64,000 bases of DNA. Source: Spironucleus salmonicida. Taxonomy: Eukaryota. The stretch lies in assembly GCF_000497125.1 (NCBI RefSeq), contig NC_090598.1, positions 930,001-994,000 on the forward strand, given 5' to 3'. A program made the translations under genes and the position numbers. A model generated the notes under the pieces. That model was not told the DNA's origin. It made no database searches and saw only the letters and a list, made by a program, of their open reading frames with translations. Positions 14,674-25,900 of this stretch are shown one piece after another. Within the stretch, counting starts at the first letter, position 1. Each line of letters starts with the position of its first letter.

Positions 14674-17600
14674 CTGTTTATAAGTTGTAATTATGCATTA
14701 AAAACTCATTTTCACAGTTTCAGTAAAACAAGTAATTTAATACTTAGTTTTTATGATAATATTTTTATTCATTATTATTATAAATTTATTAATTAATTTT
14801 ATGAATGCTTGGATATTGTTAAAATCGGAATAACTTTTAGTAGGAGTTTAATAATTGAGATAGCTACTTTAATTCAACAATTAATTTGAAACAAGTTAAA
14901 TGGAGTAACTAAAAAGAATAAACGACAAAAATAATAACATTAATTGTATTAGTAACACACGTATATGGTCGAATGAGCATAAAGGATATATTTGTACAGT
15001 ATCTAGTTAAAGATCAATGTTATAATAATAGTTATAATTAGATGGATTTACTTATATGAGACAAAGGTGTAAACCTAATTAAACTCTTACATATTAAAAC
15101 TGAATAATTATAGCATATTATATAATACATTATTAAGTAAAACAAAATACCACAATTAATAGGATAAATTCAATAAAATTATTATTAATTTCTGATTGAG
15201 AATAATTAAAAATTATTACTCTAATACTAAAAGTTTCATCATAATTGGTCCTTATTAGTATAATATTAAACAATTATTAGTCATTATTCTAATTGCATTT
15301 GCAGAAGAATAAAATAAAAAGCTAGATCATCAAATTTATATTTTATATCTGTATCTATTTTAATTCTACTTAATTTTTATTATTATTATCCCATCAAATG
15401 AGCTAGAATAAAGTTATAGACCTTATTTTTGTTGTCAAAACACTAATACAGTTAATCGTACAATCAATATTTAATTTCATAATAAAAATTATATATAATA
15501 TAATATATTTAGTATTAAAATGGAACTTTATATTTTATTGAATATTTTAGGTTGATATTCAGTGAAATAGTAATTACTAGTTCAATAATAATTTATGTGT
15601 AAATAATTTGGAATTACCTTGTATTTATTTAATATAAATTCTAACTTAACAACATTTTTAAAAAATTTTACACGTAACTCTGATTATTGTTGACTTTATT
15701 AATAAAATTCTATATTTTTCAGTAAATATTAATAAAATCTTAATTTGTAGTATAAGATAGGGCAAATGAATTTAATTTTGTAATAAAATTATGTTTAACA
15801 TTTTATTAGTTTTACATTATACATTAGGAGCTAATTCGGAAAATATATTATCTATTAGATTCTAGATATAATGAAAATCTTATAAATTTATAAAAGATTT
15901 CAGTTTTGAAGCTTAAATCGTTAATTTTTTAAATATACATTTTCCTACAAAATATTTTAAATCTACCTTTAATTTAGTAATGCTGTTAAAAACTAATCAT
16001 TATACGTTCTATTCAGCTAATAACAATGTTTATCGTTATGAGATTTATTTCTTTTTTGCAGATAGTTATATTTTCTTGAAGTTTACATCAACAATATCAT
16101 TTAAATCTGAAAAACTATTGATTAAGATTTTTTTATGAATATGATTTGGACTAGACTAGTTTATTACTAGTTTGCTGCGAATATAGATTAGTTATTAAAG
16201 TATCAATATTTTTTAATTATATACCTTCATTGAAGTTTTAGACTAATTAACATTTTAATTACACTAATTTTTATTTGCTTATATTAAATATGATGGTCTC
16301 AATATAGTGGTGTTACTATTTGTAGTAATTATTCTGTATTCTATCTTTTTAAGTGCATACTATAAGTACTAGATCAGGAATAAGTTTGACTTAAAGTTCA
16401 ATAAATTTTAGTATTTCTAACTCATTTTATATATCTTATGTAGAATTTCGGCAACTATAATATTATCAGATAACTTTTAGTTGTTTCAATGATAACAATA
16501 AGTATTTTACATATTAAAATCTAGGAAACTAAAGAAAACAGTAATTAAAGAAATTAATTGTAACAGTATTGATAGTATAGAAATTTAGTAGTAATTACTA
16601 TTAATAATCAAAATCTCCCACTGGAGTAATAAATTGAATCAGAATTACAGATAAAATAACGTTTAGTCTAAATTATACTACAGAAATATGTATTAATATA
16701 GTAATATTGATTTCATTAAAGAGTATTAATATCCGTAGACTAGTAATAAAGATATCACATTGTAAAATATCATTTATTATATTTCAATACAAAATTAACC
16801 TTACAATATCATTGATTATGAAAGAGGCTTATATAGCTACTAATTTCTCTGTATTTTCTCAGTATTTAATTGATTAGATAACATGTCTACCATTTAATAT
16901 TATTGCTATAGTTATATTAAATATTCGAAATATTATACTGAAAATCGATGATCCAATGAAGCAGTTCTATCAACCTGCATCTTATATTGCATAAACTAGT
17001 TGAATAAATATTGGAAGTGCAACGGGTATAAATAGCGATAATTTCTAGTGTGAGCTGAAAGGAAGTCCTATAAAAAGATAGACATAAAAATTGCTATTCG
17101 TGGTCCTTGTATATTATTAATTTATTCCCTAAAAATTTATGCAACGTATGAAACAGCTTCATATTAAATATCATGACAAGATAATTCTAGTATAACTGAA
17201 AAAAATAACGAATAATGTGAAAGAACGTTGTAATAAAATTATGTGGATTTAAGAATAGTATTATAACATAACCAATCATGAAAAAATATTAACTGAAATC
17301 TACGTAATCAGTTATCTATATAAACATCTTGAATAATTAGTATGATTGCTAATACTTATTATAATATCACAAAGATTATATGAGATCGTATTTGGTTTAA
17401 TTGTCTTTTGTTTGATTAACTATATAATTTTTTACGATTTAGATATTCTTTAAAAATATAATTATTAGTATTAGCAGAAAAACTGCTAATATCATTGATA
17501 TAATTGTTAGTAGAAAAGTTTTAACATAAATTTTCTTTTTAGTATAGACCTAATCAACATTCATCTGATGGTCGACAGTAATCATAAATTATAGAGTTTA

Positions 17601-20069
17601 ATTGGATTTTAAAACACACTTAGTTTAATAATAGTTATATTGGACAACAACTCAAAAATAGTTCAGTAGGGTATTTCCAGCTACTGTATCCTTATATATA
17701 ATCAGTAGTAAATAAACCACACTATCATTGTTAGAACTCACTCTTTTGATTGCAAATATCTAGAAACATTATACTTGTTTCTTAAATAAATTCTGAAAGA
17801 CCACAAAATCTTAATATTGATATATCCTGTATTTAAATTCTGTTATACATAATTAAATGATCATAAAAATCTATAAATTATGTTAAGATAATCTAAATAT
17901 TTCGCTTTTATACTGACGTTTATATTTTCAGATTCATATATAGTTTAGAAAGGATCAGTTGAAATAGTTTAAATTTACAGTATTAGATCCGAAATCATAA
18001 TATAAAATATCAAGTGATACTGTTTATAAATAAAGTATTGGGTTAAAAGAAGTATTTGTAACTTATCTGTTAACAACTAATCACACAACTCCTACATAAG
18101 TTAATTACCCATTTATTTATCTATTCATTTATACTGACATGTAATGATATCATCTCAAAATAAAATTTATTAATAGTTTTCGAAAAATATACTATTTAAT
18201 AATGTTTGCAATTTTATTTCAATAGTTGCATTTATAGGTTAAAAGAATATTTTGATATTTTTAATAGTGTTTCTTCGTAATAAAGCTACACCTATAATAG
18301 TGCTACTATTTTTAAAATCTGACGTGATATCAATGTTTGAAATTATGCTATGCTTTATAATATATGAGTTTATTCAGGTTATTTGAACTGAATTTACATT
18401 ACTAGATACGTAAGCGCTTAAAATTTTTAAATACTAAGCATTGCCTTGTAGATGCCCACAAGTTCAAAAAACTATTATATCAAATATAGATGATGTCAAC
18501 AATATTGAAATTATAATATTTATAAAAGATATTTATTTACATATTTGCGATATATCATATCTTCTGATTATTTATAACCAAGTATGTTGATTTTTATAGA
18601 TGTTAAGCTATTATTACATATATATTCCACTTCAAGATAACCTCAACATGCTATTTATTAAAGTTTAACAAAACTTGGAAAGAACTTTTTAATATATACC
18701 ACAGACTCATTACTTACTTAGCATTTTTAACATCAAAAGATAGAGATATTATATTTATGGTAAGGATTTATATTACTTTTGCAGCACCTAAAACTCTATA
18801 ATTGGTTGGCAAATTAATTAATACTATTATTGTGAAAGTACACTATATGAAGTATAATAATACAATTTAATAAAAATTATAAATATCTATATTAAGTTGA
18901 ATGTTTTTACTGTATATTTAAAATGACCAAACTTATATTTACGCTTTTTAAGTATGTTTATAAGTTAGACTGATAATTTTATAGTTATATATAATCGTAT
19001 CTTAATATTATTAAGATTCCTTGCTAAAATTTCTATACAAATGCAATTTTCTATTATATTTATTAAAATGATGATATTGCAGGCTCCAGATAAAACACTA
19101 ACAAATTTATTAATTAGGAATCATGTACCAATTTCAATCTCCAAATTATTTTTATTACAAAATTATCATCATAATTAATATCAATCAAGTTGAAGTCGTC
19201 AACATTGGATAATACTATCAGACTAAATGCAACAAACATTTTATTAAAAAATAAATTGATTATAAAAGTCGATAATTCATAAAATATAAAGATATAAATT
19301 TATATACAAAATCAGTAAATAAATCATTATTAATGGTTACTATTTACTCTCATAATCTATATAATGATATAAATCTAAATATTAAAACATTATCATTTGA
19401 TTTGTCAATAGTTTTTCCTATAAGTATTACAATTATACTTTAAATAAATATTATTAATATTCTCCAACAACACTAATTTAAAAAAATTATTATATATGAT
19501 TAATTTCCTTATTTTAATTAATAGTCTTATTCTTTGAGCATTTTAAATCAGTACTATAAAGTTTATACTAATTTAAGTATTGATATTTAATACCGTTTAA
19601 CTATTATTGCAAAATATAATTCTACTAAATTACATCATAAAATTATGAAATGCTAGGTATTTAGGTTTAATAAAACAAATGTCAACTATTTAATGGAATC
19701 TTTTTAAATAATTATTCATTAAGGTGATTGTAGAAATTATACTAATTTAAAATTTCTTAAGAAACGAACTTAGCATATGATAAAAATTTAGTTTATAACT
19801 CTCATTAATAAGATATAATGCTTAAATAAATTTACATAAATAGTTTGATATATGTAAGCCCACTGCTTGCGCGCAACACATAGCGGGCGGCGCCTTGGTC
19901 CGTCGCTAGTTGGGGAACGGACACCGTCGGACCCAAATTCGGAGCAGACAGGTAGGGCGCACGGCACCTGGCCATAGCGGGACGCTGCGCTGCGGTGTGG
20001 GCTGCGTACCGCGCGGAAACCGCATTCGGAGCGGCATGATATATTACGCGCGGGCGGCCCCTCCAGAAA

Positions 20070-20459
20070 ATGCGCCGAGCCCCATCGCCACCGGAGACGC
20101 GCCCGCCGCAGGGACCGTCCAGCCCGCGCGAGGCTGCACTCGAGGGTCGCGTGCGTGTGCTCACGGACCAGGTGGAGCACCAGGCGGGCCTCATCCTCGG
20201 TGCGAGCGTGCTGGACACCTCGCTGTCGTGCTCGCTGCACTCCGCGCTGGAGAACGAGCTGCACCGCGACTTCGACGGGCTATGCGCCCTGCTGTGCGAG
20301 CTCAAGCGCACCCCCGCCGCCCGGCTGCGCGACGGCTCCGAGGTGGCCGGCCGTTTCCGACGCTTCCTGAGCCTCGGGGGCGGCCACTACCGCCTGCGGG
20401 GCCAGGACCTCACCGTGCACTACTTCGGGGACGTGTTCCGCCTCGCCCTTCCACAATGA
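20070..20459 (+). CDS. hypothetical protein, 129 aa (IR copy 1)
   Basis: ATG after cctccagaaa; GC3-rich codons; the one substitution seen versus copy 2 (GGT/GGC) is synonymous in this frame. Confidence 0.7.
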   Translation: MRRAPSPPETRPPQGPSSPREAALEGRVRVLTDQVEHQAGLILGASVLDTSLSCSLHSALENELHRDFDGLCALLCELKRTPAARLRDGSEVAGRFRRFLSLGGGHYRLRGQDLTVHYFGDVFRLALPQ

Positions 20460-20902
20460 CCGTGCCCACCGAGCGCGAGCCCACGACCCGCTGTCCCGCG
20501 CACCTGCTGCCAGTCGCCACCCCGGAGCTGGACGCGCGCATCGCCCGCAGCGCCGCCGTGCTGTACCGCGTGGAGGCCGTGCTCTGGCCGCTGGCGCTGT
20601 GCTTCGGAGCCCGCTGGCTGCGGCTGCCGGAGTTGCTGCCGGAGAGGTTCCCGGCGTGGGTGCTGCGCGCCTGGCTCTCCTACGCTGTCTTCACCCTGTC
20701 CACAGTGCTGCTGCACGCGCGCGTCGAGCGCCTCCTTCCGGCCCGCCTCAACCGCTACGTGGTGGCGGCCGCGAGCGCCGGGGTCCTGCTGGCGCCCCTC
20801 TCGGTAGCGGTGGTGTGCTTCCGCGCCGTGCGCTTCTGGGCCCTACCGCTTGCCTTCGCGGCGCTCATGACGCTCGTGATGGCGCCGCAGCTTACCCTCT
20901 GA
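20456..20902 (+). CDS. hypothetical multi-pass membrane protein, 148 aa (IR copy 1)
   Basis: MTVPTERE...APQLTL*, about four hydrophobic segments; start overlaps the upstream stop (ATGA). Confidence 0.7.
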   Translation: MTVPTEREPTTRCPAHLLPVATPELDARIARSAAVLYRVEAVLWPLALCFGARWLRLPELLPERFPAWVLRAWLSYAVFTLSTVLLHARVERLLPARLNRYVVAAASAGVLLAPLSVAVVCFRAVRFWALPLAFAALMTLVMAPQLTL

Positions 20903-20927
20903 GTTTTGCCCTCACTCCCTTCCACTA

Positions 20928-21371
20928 ATGATAGAGGCCGTCCGCCTCACCTCCGCCCGCACGGTGCTGTACGCGCGTCAGTACACGCCCGGCTTCTCGC
21001 TCTCCCAGCTGCCAGAGGTCGTTGCGGGCCCCGCCACCGAGGTGCACTACCACGCCTCCCTGGTGTGCACGCGCCGCCTTGGCGAGCTCTCGCTCTTCCT
21101 GTACGCCGCCCCGGACGCCAACGAGTTGTACCTCGAGCACTGCCTCGATTGCGTGGCATCGGCAGTGCGCTCCGTGCTGTCAGAGCTCACCGAGGCCGCC
21201 GCGCTGGAGAGTCTGCTCACGCTCACTGCCGCGCTCTCGGAGACCGTGGACGCGGGATACCTGTTGACCAACCGCGCAGTGGAGCTGTTCGACCAGGAGA
21301 AAGGCGGCAGCGGGCTCGTGGGAGGGCTACTCAACGGCGCCAAGCTCGTCGCCAAGACCCTGCTAAGCTGA
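20928..21371 (+). CDS. COPZ: coatomer zeta subunit (longin / AP-sigma fold), copy 1
   Basis: DANELYLEHCLDCV...LSETVDAGYLL...AKLVAKTLLS parallels the zeta-COP pattern ENELxL...DEIVDGGVIL...SLL. Confidence 0.75.
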   Translation: MIEAVRLTSARTVLYARQYTPGFSLSQLPEVVAGPATEVHYHASLVCTRRLGELSLFLYAAPDANELYLEHCLDCVASAVRSVLSELTEAAALESLLTLTAALSETVDAGYLLTNRAVELFDQEKGGSGLVGGLLNGAKLVAKTLLS

Positions 21372-21685
21372 GTGAGTGCCAAATGCAAATGGATTAAAAC
21401 TCTTAATTATTGAAATTACAATATAGATATGTGATATTTGACCTTTATAGACTAAATTATGGTCATATTGAAATTTATAAGTAGTTGCGTTTTTAATTAT
21501 TTACAACTAATTTTACAGTATTATATGTTATAGTGATATTAAAGATTAAAATAATAGTTTTAATAATGATTTTTATAATACTATTCTATAGAGATTATAT
21601 GTATTTTGAAATTAAATAAATCAAAAATTATTATTATGTTATTATACATTTATTATTAAAGTAATATAATTGATTTTCTTATCAA

Positions 21686-22951
21686 ATGGTAGATAAAGAG
21701 TCTGGAAAATATTCTAAGAAAGCTCTTTTTGGCATCCTTGGTATGCTTATATTTGGAACAGGAACTATGATATCTTCTAAACTTATGTTAGACTCTTCTG
21801 CTTGCCCATAGTATAACGCGGAACGTTATCCAGGTGTTTTGCCTTGGACTCACGGAAATTGCCCATAATACTTAGTTAAGAAGTTTGAAAAGCCTTGGTT
21901 TTAAACTGCTGCTATGTTTTCGGCTATGACTTTCTGTATATTTGGACACTTTGGTGTTATATTTTATAATGAGAAAAAAGCCCAAAAATTAGCAGCACAA
22001 CGCGCATTAGAATAATTAGAAGAGGCTGAAGAATAGGAATAGGCTCCATAGGTGGTTAAACATTCATGGAAATCTTATACTTATATTGGCGTCCCAGCTA
22101 TTTTCGATATGGTCGCTACTACTATTATGACTTTGGGTTTAGTATATATTGATGTTTCTATTATGCAAATGCTCCGTGGATCTCTTGTTATTTTTGCGTC
22201 TTTCTTTAGTGTTTGGTTCTTAAAGCGTAAAATTAAAATCTACTAATGGTGTAGCGTTATTCTCACAACTTTAGCCTTGTGTCTTGTAGGTGTTTCATGT
22301 GTTTTATCTAGCTAAAATTCTGTAGGTTCTTCTCCTTCCGAGCAGATGTATGGGTGTTTCTTAATTGTTATTTCTTAGCTTATTCAAGCTACTCAAATCG
22401 TCTGTGAAGACTTTTTATTATCAGGTATTTAGGCTGCTCCATTATAAATTGTAGGTATGGAAGGTGTGTGGGGTTTAGTTGCCACTTGTGCTATTTGTTG
22501 GCCAATTGTTAATTTCATTCCAGGTCATGATAACGGTGTTTAAGAGGACATTGTTGATACTTTCTATATGCTTGCTGATAACGGATAAATTGCTAGTTTT
22601 ACTGTAATCTATTGGTTCAGTATTTTAGTACTTAACTGGGCTGGCATGGTTCTTACAGCTGAAACTAGCTCAGTTGTTAGAAGTATTTTCGAATCAATTC
22701 GTACTATTGCCATATGGCTTACCGACTTATTGATATTCTACGTTTTTGCACCACATAGCGTTTATGGTGAGGCATGGACCACTTATAGCTGGCTTCAGCT
22801 TGCAGGCTTTGTCCTTTTAATTTTCAGCAGCCAGTGCTACAATGGTTACGTTAAGTTCCCATTCTTTAAGTACGCTGACATTGTCTAAGATAAAGAAGAA
22901 GCTGAGCCTCTTATTGAAGGAGAGCATAGCACAAACTTGTCGAACGAGTGA
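21686..22951 (+). CDS. SLC35F6-like (DMT superfamily) transporter
   Basis: FEKPWFQTAAMF, PAIFDMVAT, QMLRGSLVIF, IVGMEGVWG, ESIRTIAIW, LQLAGF; ends GAG TGA. Confidence 0.9.
22947..22951 (+). terminator. AGTGA stop-overlapping putative polyadenylation signal (example site)
   Basis: At least 16 CDSs here end in AG|TGA; matches the signal described for Spironucleus salmonicida. Confidence 0.65.
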
Positions 22952-23051
22952 TAATACATTTCTCTTAAATTATTTTTCATTTAATTTATTTACCCAAAAT
23001 TTACTCAAAAAATTATTGTTATAAATTATATAATAATTTAATTTTTATTAA

Positions 23052-23066
23052 TCCCACTCCACTTCA
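23052..23066 (+). promoter_or_regulatory. C-rich CCACTCC-type upstream motif (example site)
   Basis: AT-rich tract then tcccactccacttc ~15-25 nt before ATG 23080; similar motifs precede ATGs at 46365, 51298, 40517, 20928 (+) and 43389, 34470, 50025 (-). Confidence 0.7.
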
Positions 23067-23079
23067 CGAATATTCAAAA

Positions 23080-24201
23080 ATGTCATCCTCTGAAACATCG
23101 CATATAACGGCTACTTTTGACTCATTTTAAGTTTTCAAACGAAATGCACACTCTCTGTACGACCTGATTATATCACATGTCCTCTGCTTCCCTTCCCTGA
23201 CAATTAATTTTCCACCAAAGACGACCCTTAAAAACGATCAAATTCGCGTTCCGTTCACATTTTCGACTCACACTGACGAGCAGAATTTCATTTACCAGCA
23301 GACGATATCGCTGCCAACGCCACAAACGTCGCAGGCGCAGCAGACCATTTCCGTTTCCTCTAGAGGCGTCTTTGCCGGTGGCTACGGAAACAGCGATTTC
23401 GGGCTCATAAAGCCTGAATTCTTCGCCCAAATTCCAGCTGAAGCGAACTTTTCAGCGCTCTCGCCAGACGGAGAAATTATTGCAGTTAGTGTCGAAAATT
23501 CTATTTTGATTTTCGATTTCCACTCCTTTTTAATAAACCAAAATTGTGCACCAAAACTAACGCTTTCGCACATCGTTTCCGATTGTTTTTCGATGGTTTT
23601 TAACGAATTTTAACTCATTTGTGGTGATTCGAGCGGAAAAGTCCTTATTTACGACATAAACTCGTTTTCTGGCGAGATTTTGGCCTAATGCTCGTTTGGA
23701 GCATCAATTAACGGCATTTGCGTATCGCCCCATTTCGAAAATTTGATACTTTTCGTCACCGATTAGGGAGAGCTTATTTTCACAGATTTCAAGCTCAAGA
23801 TGCTCAAAAGTGTGCTTTTAGGCGACGTAATTGAGGACTTCGTTGGTACGAGCATCTGTTGGAGCTGTTTTGACAACAATTCTGTTACTATTGGAGGCAA
23901 TGAAGGAGATATAATAATATATAATATTAAAGAAAATTCCGCTAGAAAACTCGTAAAATATCATACTGGAGCGATATATTAGTTACAATATAGTTAATTT
24001 TATGATTTACTCTTGGCCGGATCTGAGGATTCTCGGATAACGCTGTGGCTGGGCGGTGAACTGGTTTTCGTGCATGCTGGGCACACATGCTGCGTTTCGG
24101 ATGCCCGTTTCCACCCCACAATTCCGAATTTAATCGGCAGCGTCGCCGAGGACAACTCCTTGTAGTTTTGGTGGCCTAGCAATTTATGTTTCGAGAAGTG
24201 A
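23080..24201 (+). CDS. RBBP4: RBBP4/MSI1/CAF1-p55-like WD40 histone-binding protein
   Basis: FKRNAHSLYDLIISHVLCFPSLT and ELVFVHAGHTCCVSD...SVAEDNSLQFW match the family's terminal signatures. Confidence 0.85.
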
Positions 24202-24275
24202 GTTGGTTTGTGCCCTTCATCAATTGTAATCTTAATAAAATTTCTGCTACTGTTGTGGATTAACAGGAAATTCAC

Positions 24276-24719
24276 TCAGCTTAGCAGGGTCTTGGCGACG
24301 AGCTTGGCGCCGTTGAGTAGCCCTCCCACGAGCCCGCTGCCGCCTTTCTCCTGGTCGAACAGCTCCACTGCGCGGTTGGTCAACAGGTATCCCGCGTCCA
24401 CGGTCTCCGAGAGCGCGGCAGTGAGCGTGAGCAGACTCTCCAGCGCGGCGGCCTCGGTGAGCTCTGACAGCACGGAGCGCACTGCCGATGCCACGCAATC
24501 GAGGCAGTGCTCGAGGTACAACTCGTTGGCGTCCGGGGCGGCGTACAGGAAGAGCGAGAGCTCGCCAAGGCGGCGCGTGCACACCAGGGAGGCGTGGTAG
24601 TGCACCTCGGTGGCGGGGCCCGCAACGACCTCTGGCAGCTGGGAGAGCGAGAAGCCGGGCGTGTACTGACGCGCGTACAGCACCGTGCGGGCGGAGGTGA
24701 GGCGGACGGCCTCTATCAT
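24276..24719 (-). CDS. COPZ: coatomer zeta subunit, copy 2
   Basis: Protein identical to 20928..21371. Confidence 0.75.
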   Translation of the reverse strand: MIEAVRLTSARTVLYARQYTPGFSLSQLPEVVAGPATEVHYHASLVCTRRLGELSLFLYAAPDANELYLEHCLDCVASAVRSVLSELTEAAALESLLTLTAALSETVDAGYLLTNRAVELFDQEKGGSGLVGGLLNGAKLVAKTLLS

Positions 24720-24744
24720 TAGTGGAAGGGAGTGAGGGCAAAAC

Positions 24745-25191
24745 TCAGAGGGTAAGCTGCGGCGCCATCACGAGCGTCATGAGCGCCGCGAAGGCAAGCG
24801 GTAGGGCCCAGAAGCGCACGGCGCGGAAGCACACCACCGCTACCGAGAGGGGCGCCAGCAGGACCCCGGCGCTCGCGGCCGCCACCACGTAGCGGTTGAG
24901 GCGGGCCGGAAGGAGGCGCTCGACGCGCGCGTGCAGCAGCACTGTGGACAGGGTGAAGACAGCGTAGGAGAGCCAGGCGCGCAGCACCCACGCCGGGAAC
25001 CTCTCCGGCAGCAACTCCGGCAGCCGCAGCCAGCGGGCTCCGAAGCACAGCGCCAGCGGCCAGAGCACGGCCTCCACGCGGTACAGCACGGCGGCGCTGC
25101 GGGCGATGCGCGCGTCCAGCTCCGGGGTGGCGACTGGCAGCAGGTGCGCGGGACAGCGGGTCGTGGGCTCGCGCTCGGTGGGCACGGTCAT
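24745..25191 (-). CDS. hypothetical multi-pass membrane protein (IR copy 2)
   Basis: Protein identical to 20456..20902. Confidence 0.7.
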   Translation of the reverse strand: MTVPTEREPTTRCPAHLLPVATPELDARIARSAAVLYRVEAVLWPLALCFGARWLRLPELLPERFPAWVLRAWLSYAVFTLSTVLLHARVERLLPARLNRYVVAAASAGVLLAPLSVAVVCFRAVRFWALPLAFAALMTLVMAPQLTL

Positions 25192-25577
25192 TGTGGAAGG
25201 GCGAGGCGGAACACGTCCCCGAAGTAGTGCACGGTGAGGTCCTGGCCCCGCAGGCGGTAGTGGCCGCCCCCGAGGCTCAGGAAGCGTCGGAAACGGCCGG
25301 CCACCTCGGAGCCGTCGCGCAGCCGGGCGGCGGGGGTGCGCTTGAGCTCGCACAGCAGGGCGCATAGCCCGTCGAAGTCGCGGTGCAGCTCGTTCTCCAG
25401 CGCGGAGTGCAGCGAGCACGACAGCGAGGTGTCCAGCACGCTCGCACCGAGGATGAGGCCCGCCTGGTGCTCCACCTGGTCCGTGAGCACACGCACGCGG
25501 CCCTCGAGTGCAGCCTCGCGCGGGCTGGACGGTCCCTGCGGCGGGCGCGTCTCCGGTGGCGATGGGGCTCGGCGCAT
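25188..25577 (-). CDS. hypothetical protein, 129 aa (IR copy 2)
   Basis: Protein identical to 20070..20459. Confidence 0.7.
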   Translation of the reverse strand: MRRAPSPPETRPPQGPSSPREAALEGRVRVLTDQVEHQAGLILGASVLDTSLSCSLHSALENELHRDFDGLCALLCELKRTPAARLRDGSEVAGRFRRFLSLGGGHYRLRGQDLTVHYFGDVFRLALPQ

Positions 25578-25799
25578 TTTCTGGAGGGGCCGCCCGCGCG
25601 TAATATATCATGCCGCTCCGAATGCGGTTTCCGCGCGGTACGCAGCCCACACCGCAGCGCAGCGTCCCGCTATGGCCAGGTGCCGTGCGCCCTTCCTGTC
25701 TGCTCCGAATTCGGTCTCAGTGACACCCTGACCCGCAGCTAGCTGGGGAACGGGCGCCGCCCGCTATGTGTTGCCCATCTATCAACAATGTCTTCCATA

Positions 25800-25880
25800 A
25801 TTACTTTACCTTACCTTATATTATCTTATATTATCTTACCTTATCTTATCTTATATTATCATCCCTTCCCTTCCCTTCAC
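25800..25880. repeat. degenerate pentamer microsatellite (TTACC/TTATC/TTATA/TTCCC)
   Basis: ttaccttaccttatattatcttatattatcttaccttatcttatc...cccttcccttccc. Confidence 0.8.
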
Positions 25881-25900
25881 TCCCCCCATATATCCCTCAC

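Larger units (their letters stand above)
19873..21375 (+). repeat. left arm of 1.5 kb inverted repeat
   Basis: Reverse complement of 24272..25774; mirrored ORFs in the track are identical. Confidence 0.97.
24272..25774 (-). repeat. right arm of 1.5 kb inverted repeat
   Basis: Reverse complement of 19873..21375. Confidence 0.97.

Noticed and set aside
19072..19848. ~260-codon TGA-free frame on the + strand
   Set aside because: Extremely AT-rich and without any motif; with a single stop codon long open frames arise by chance
19852..20010. RNase MRP/P RNA (GTGGGCTTAC on the minus strand)
   Set aside because: No clear CR-I GAAAG motif, and the segment is absent from the second copy
19968..20040. 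Canonical tRNA gene
   Set aside because: No 7-bp acceptor stem, and the T-loop register does not fit; kept only as an ncRNA candidate
19910..20902. 330-aa track ORF
   Set aside because: Its N-terminal part is an off-frame shadow of ORF1; the probable start is 20456
19873..25774. Composite transposon or IS pair
   Set aside because: The arms encode zeta-COP and two hypothetical proteins; no transposase motif or target-site duplication was seen
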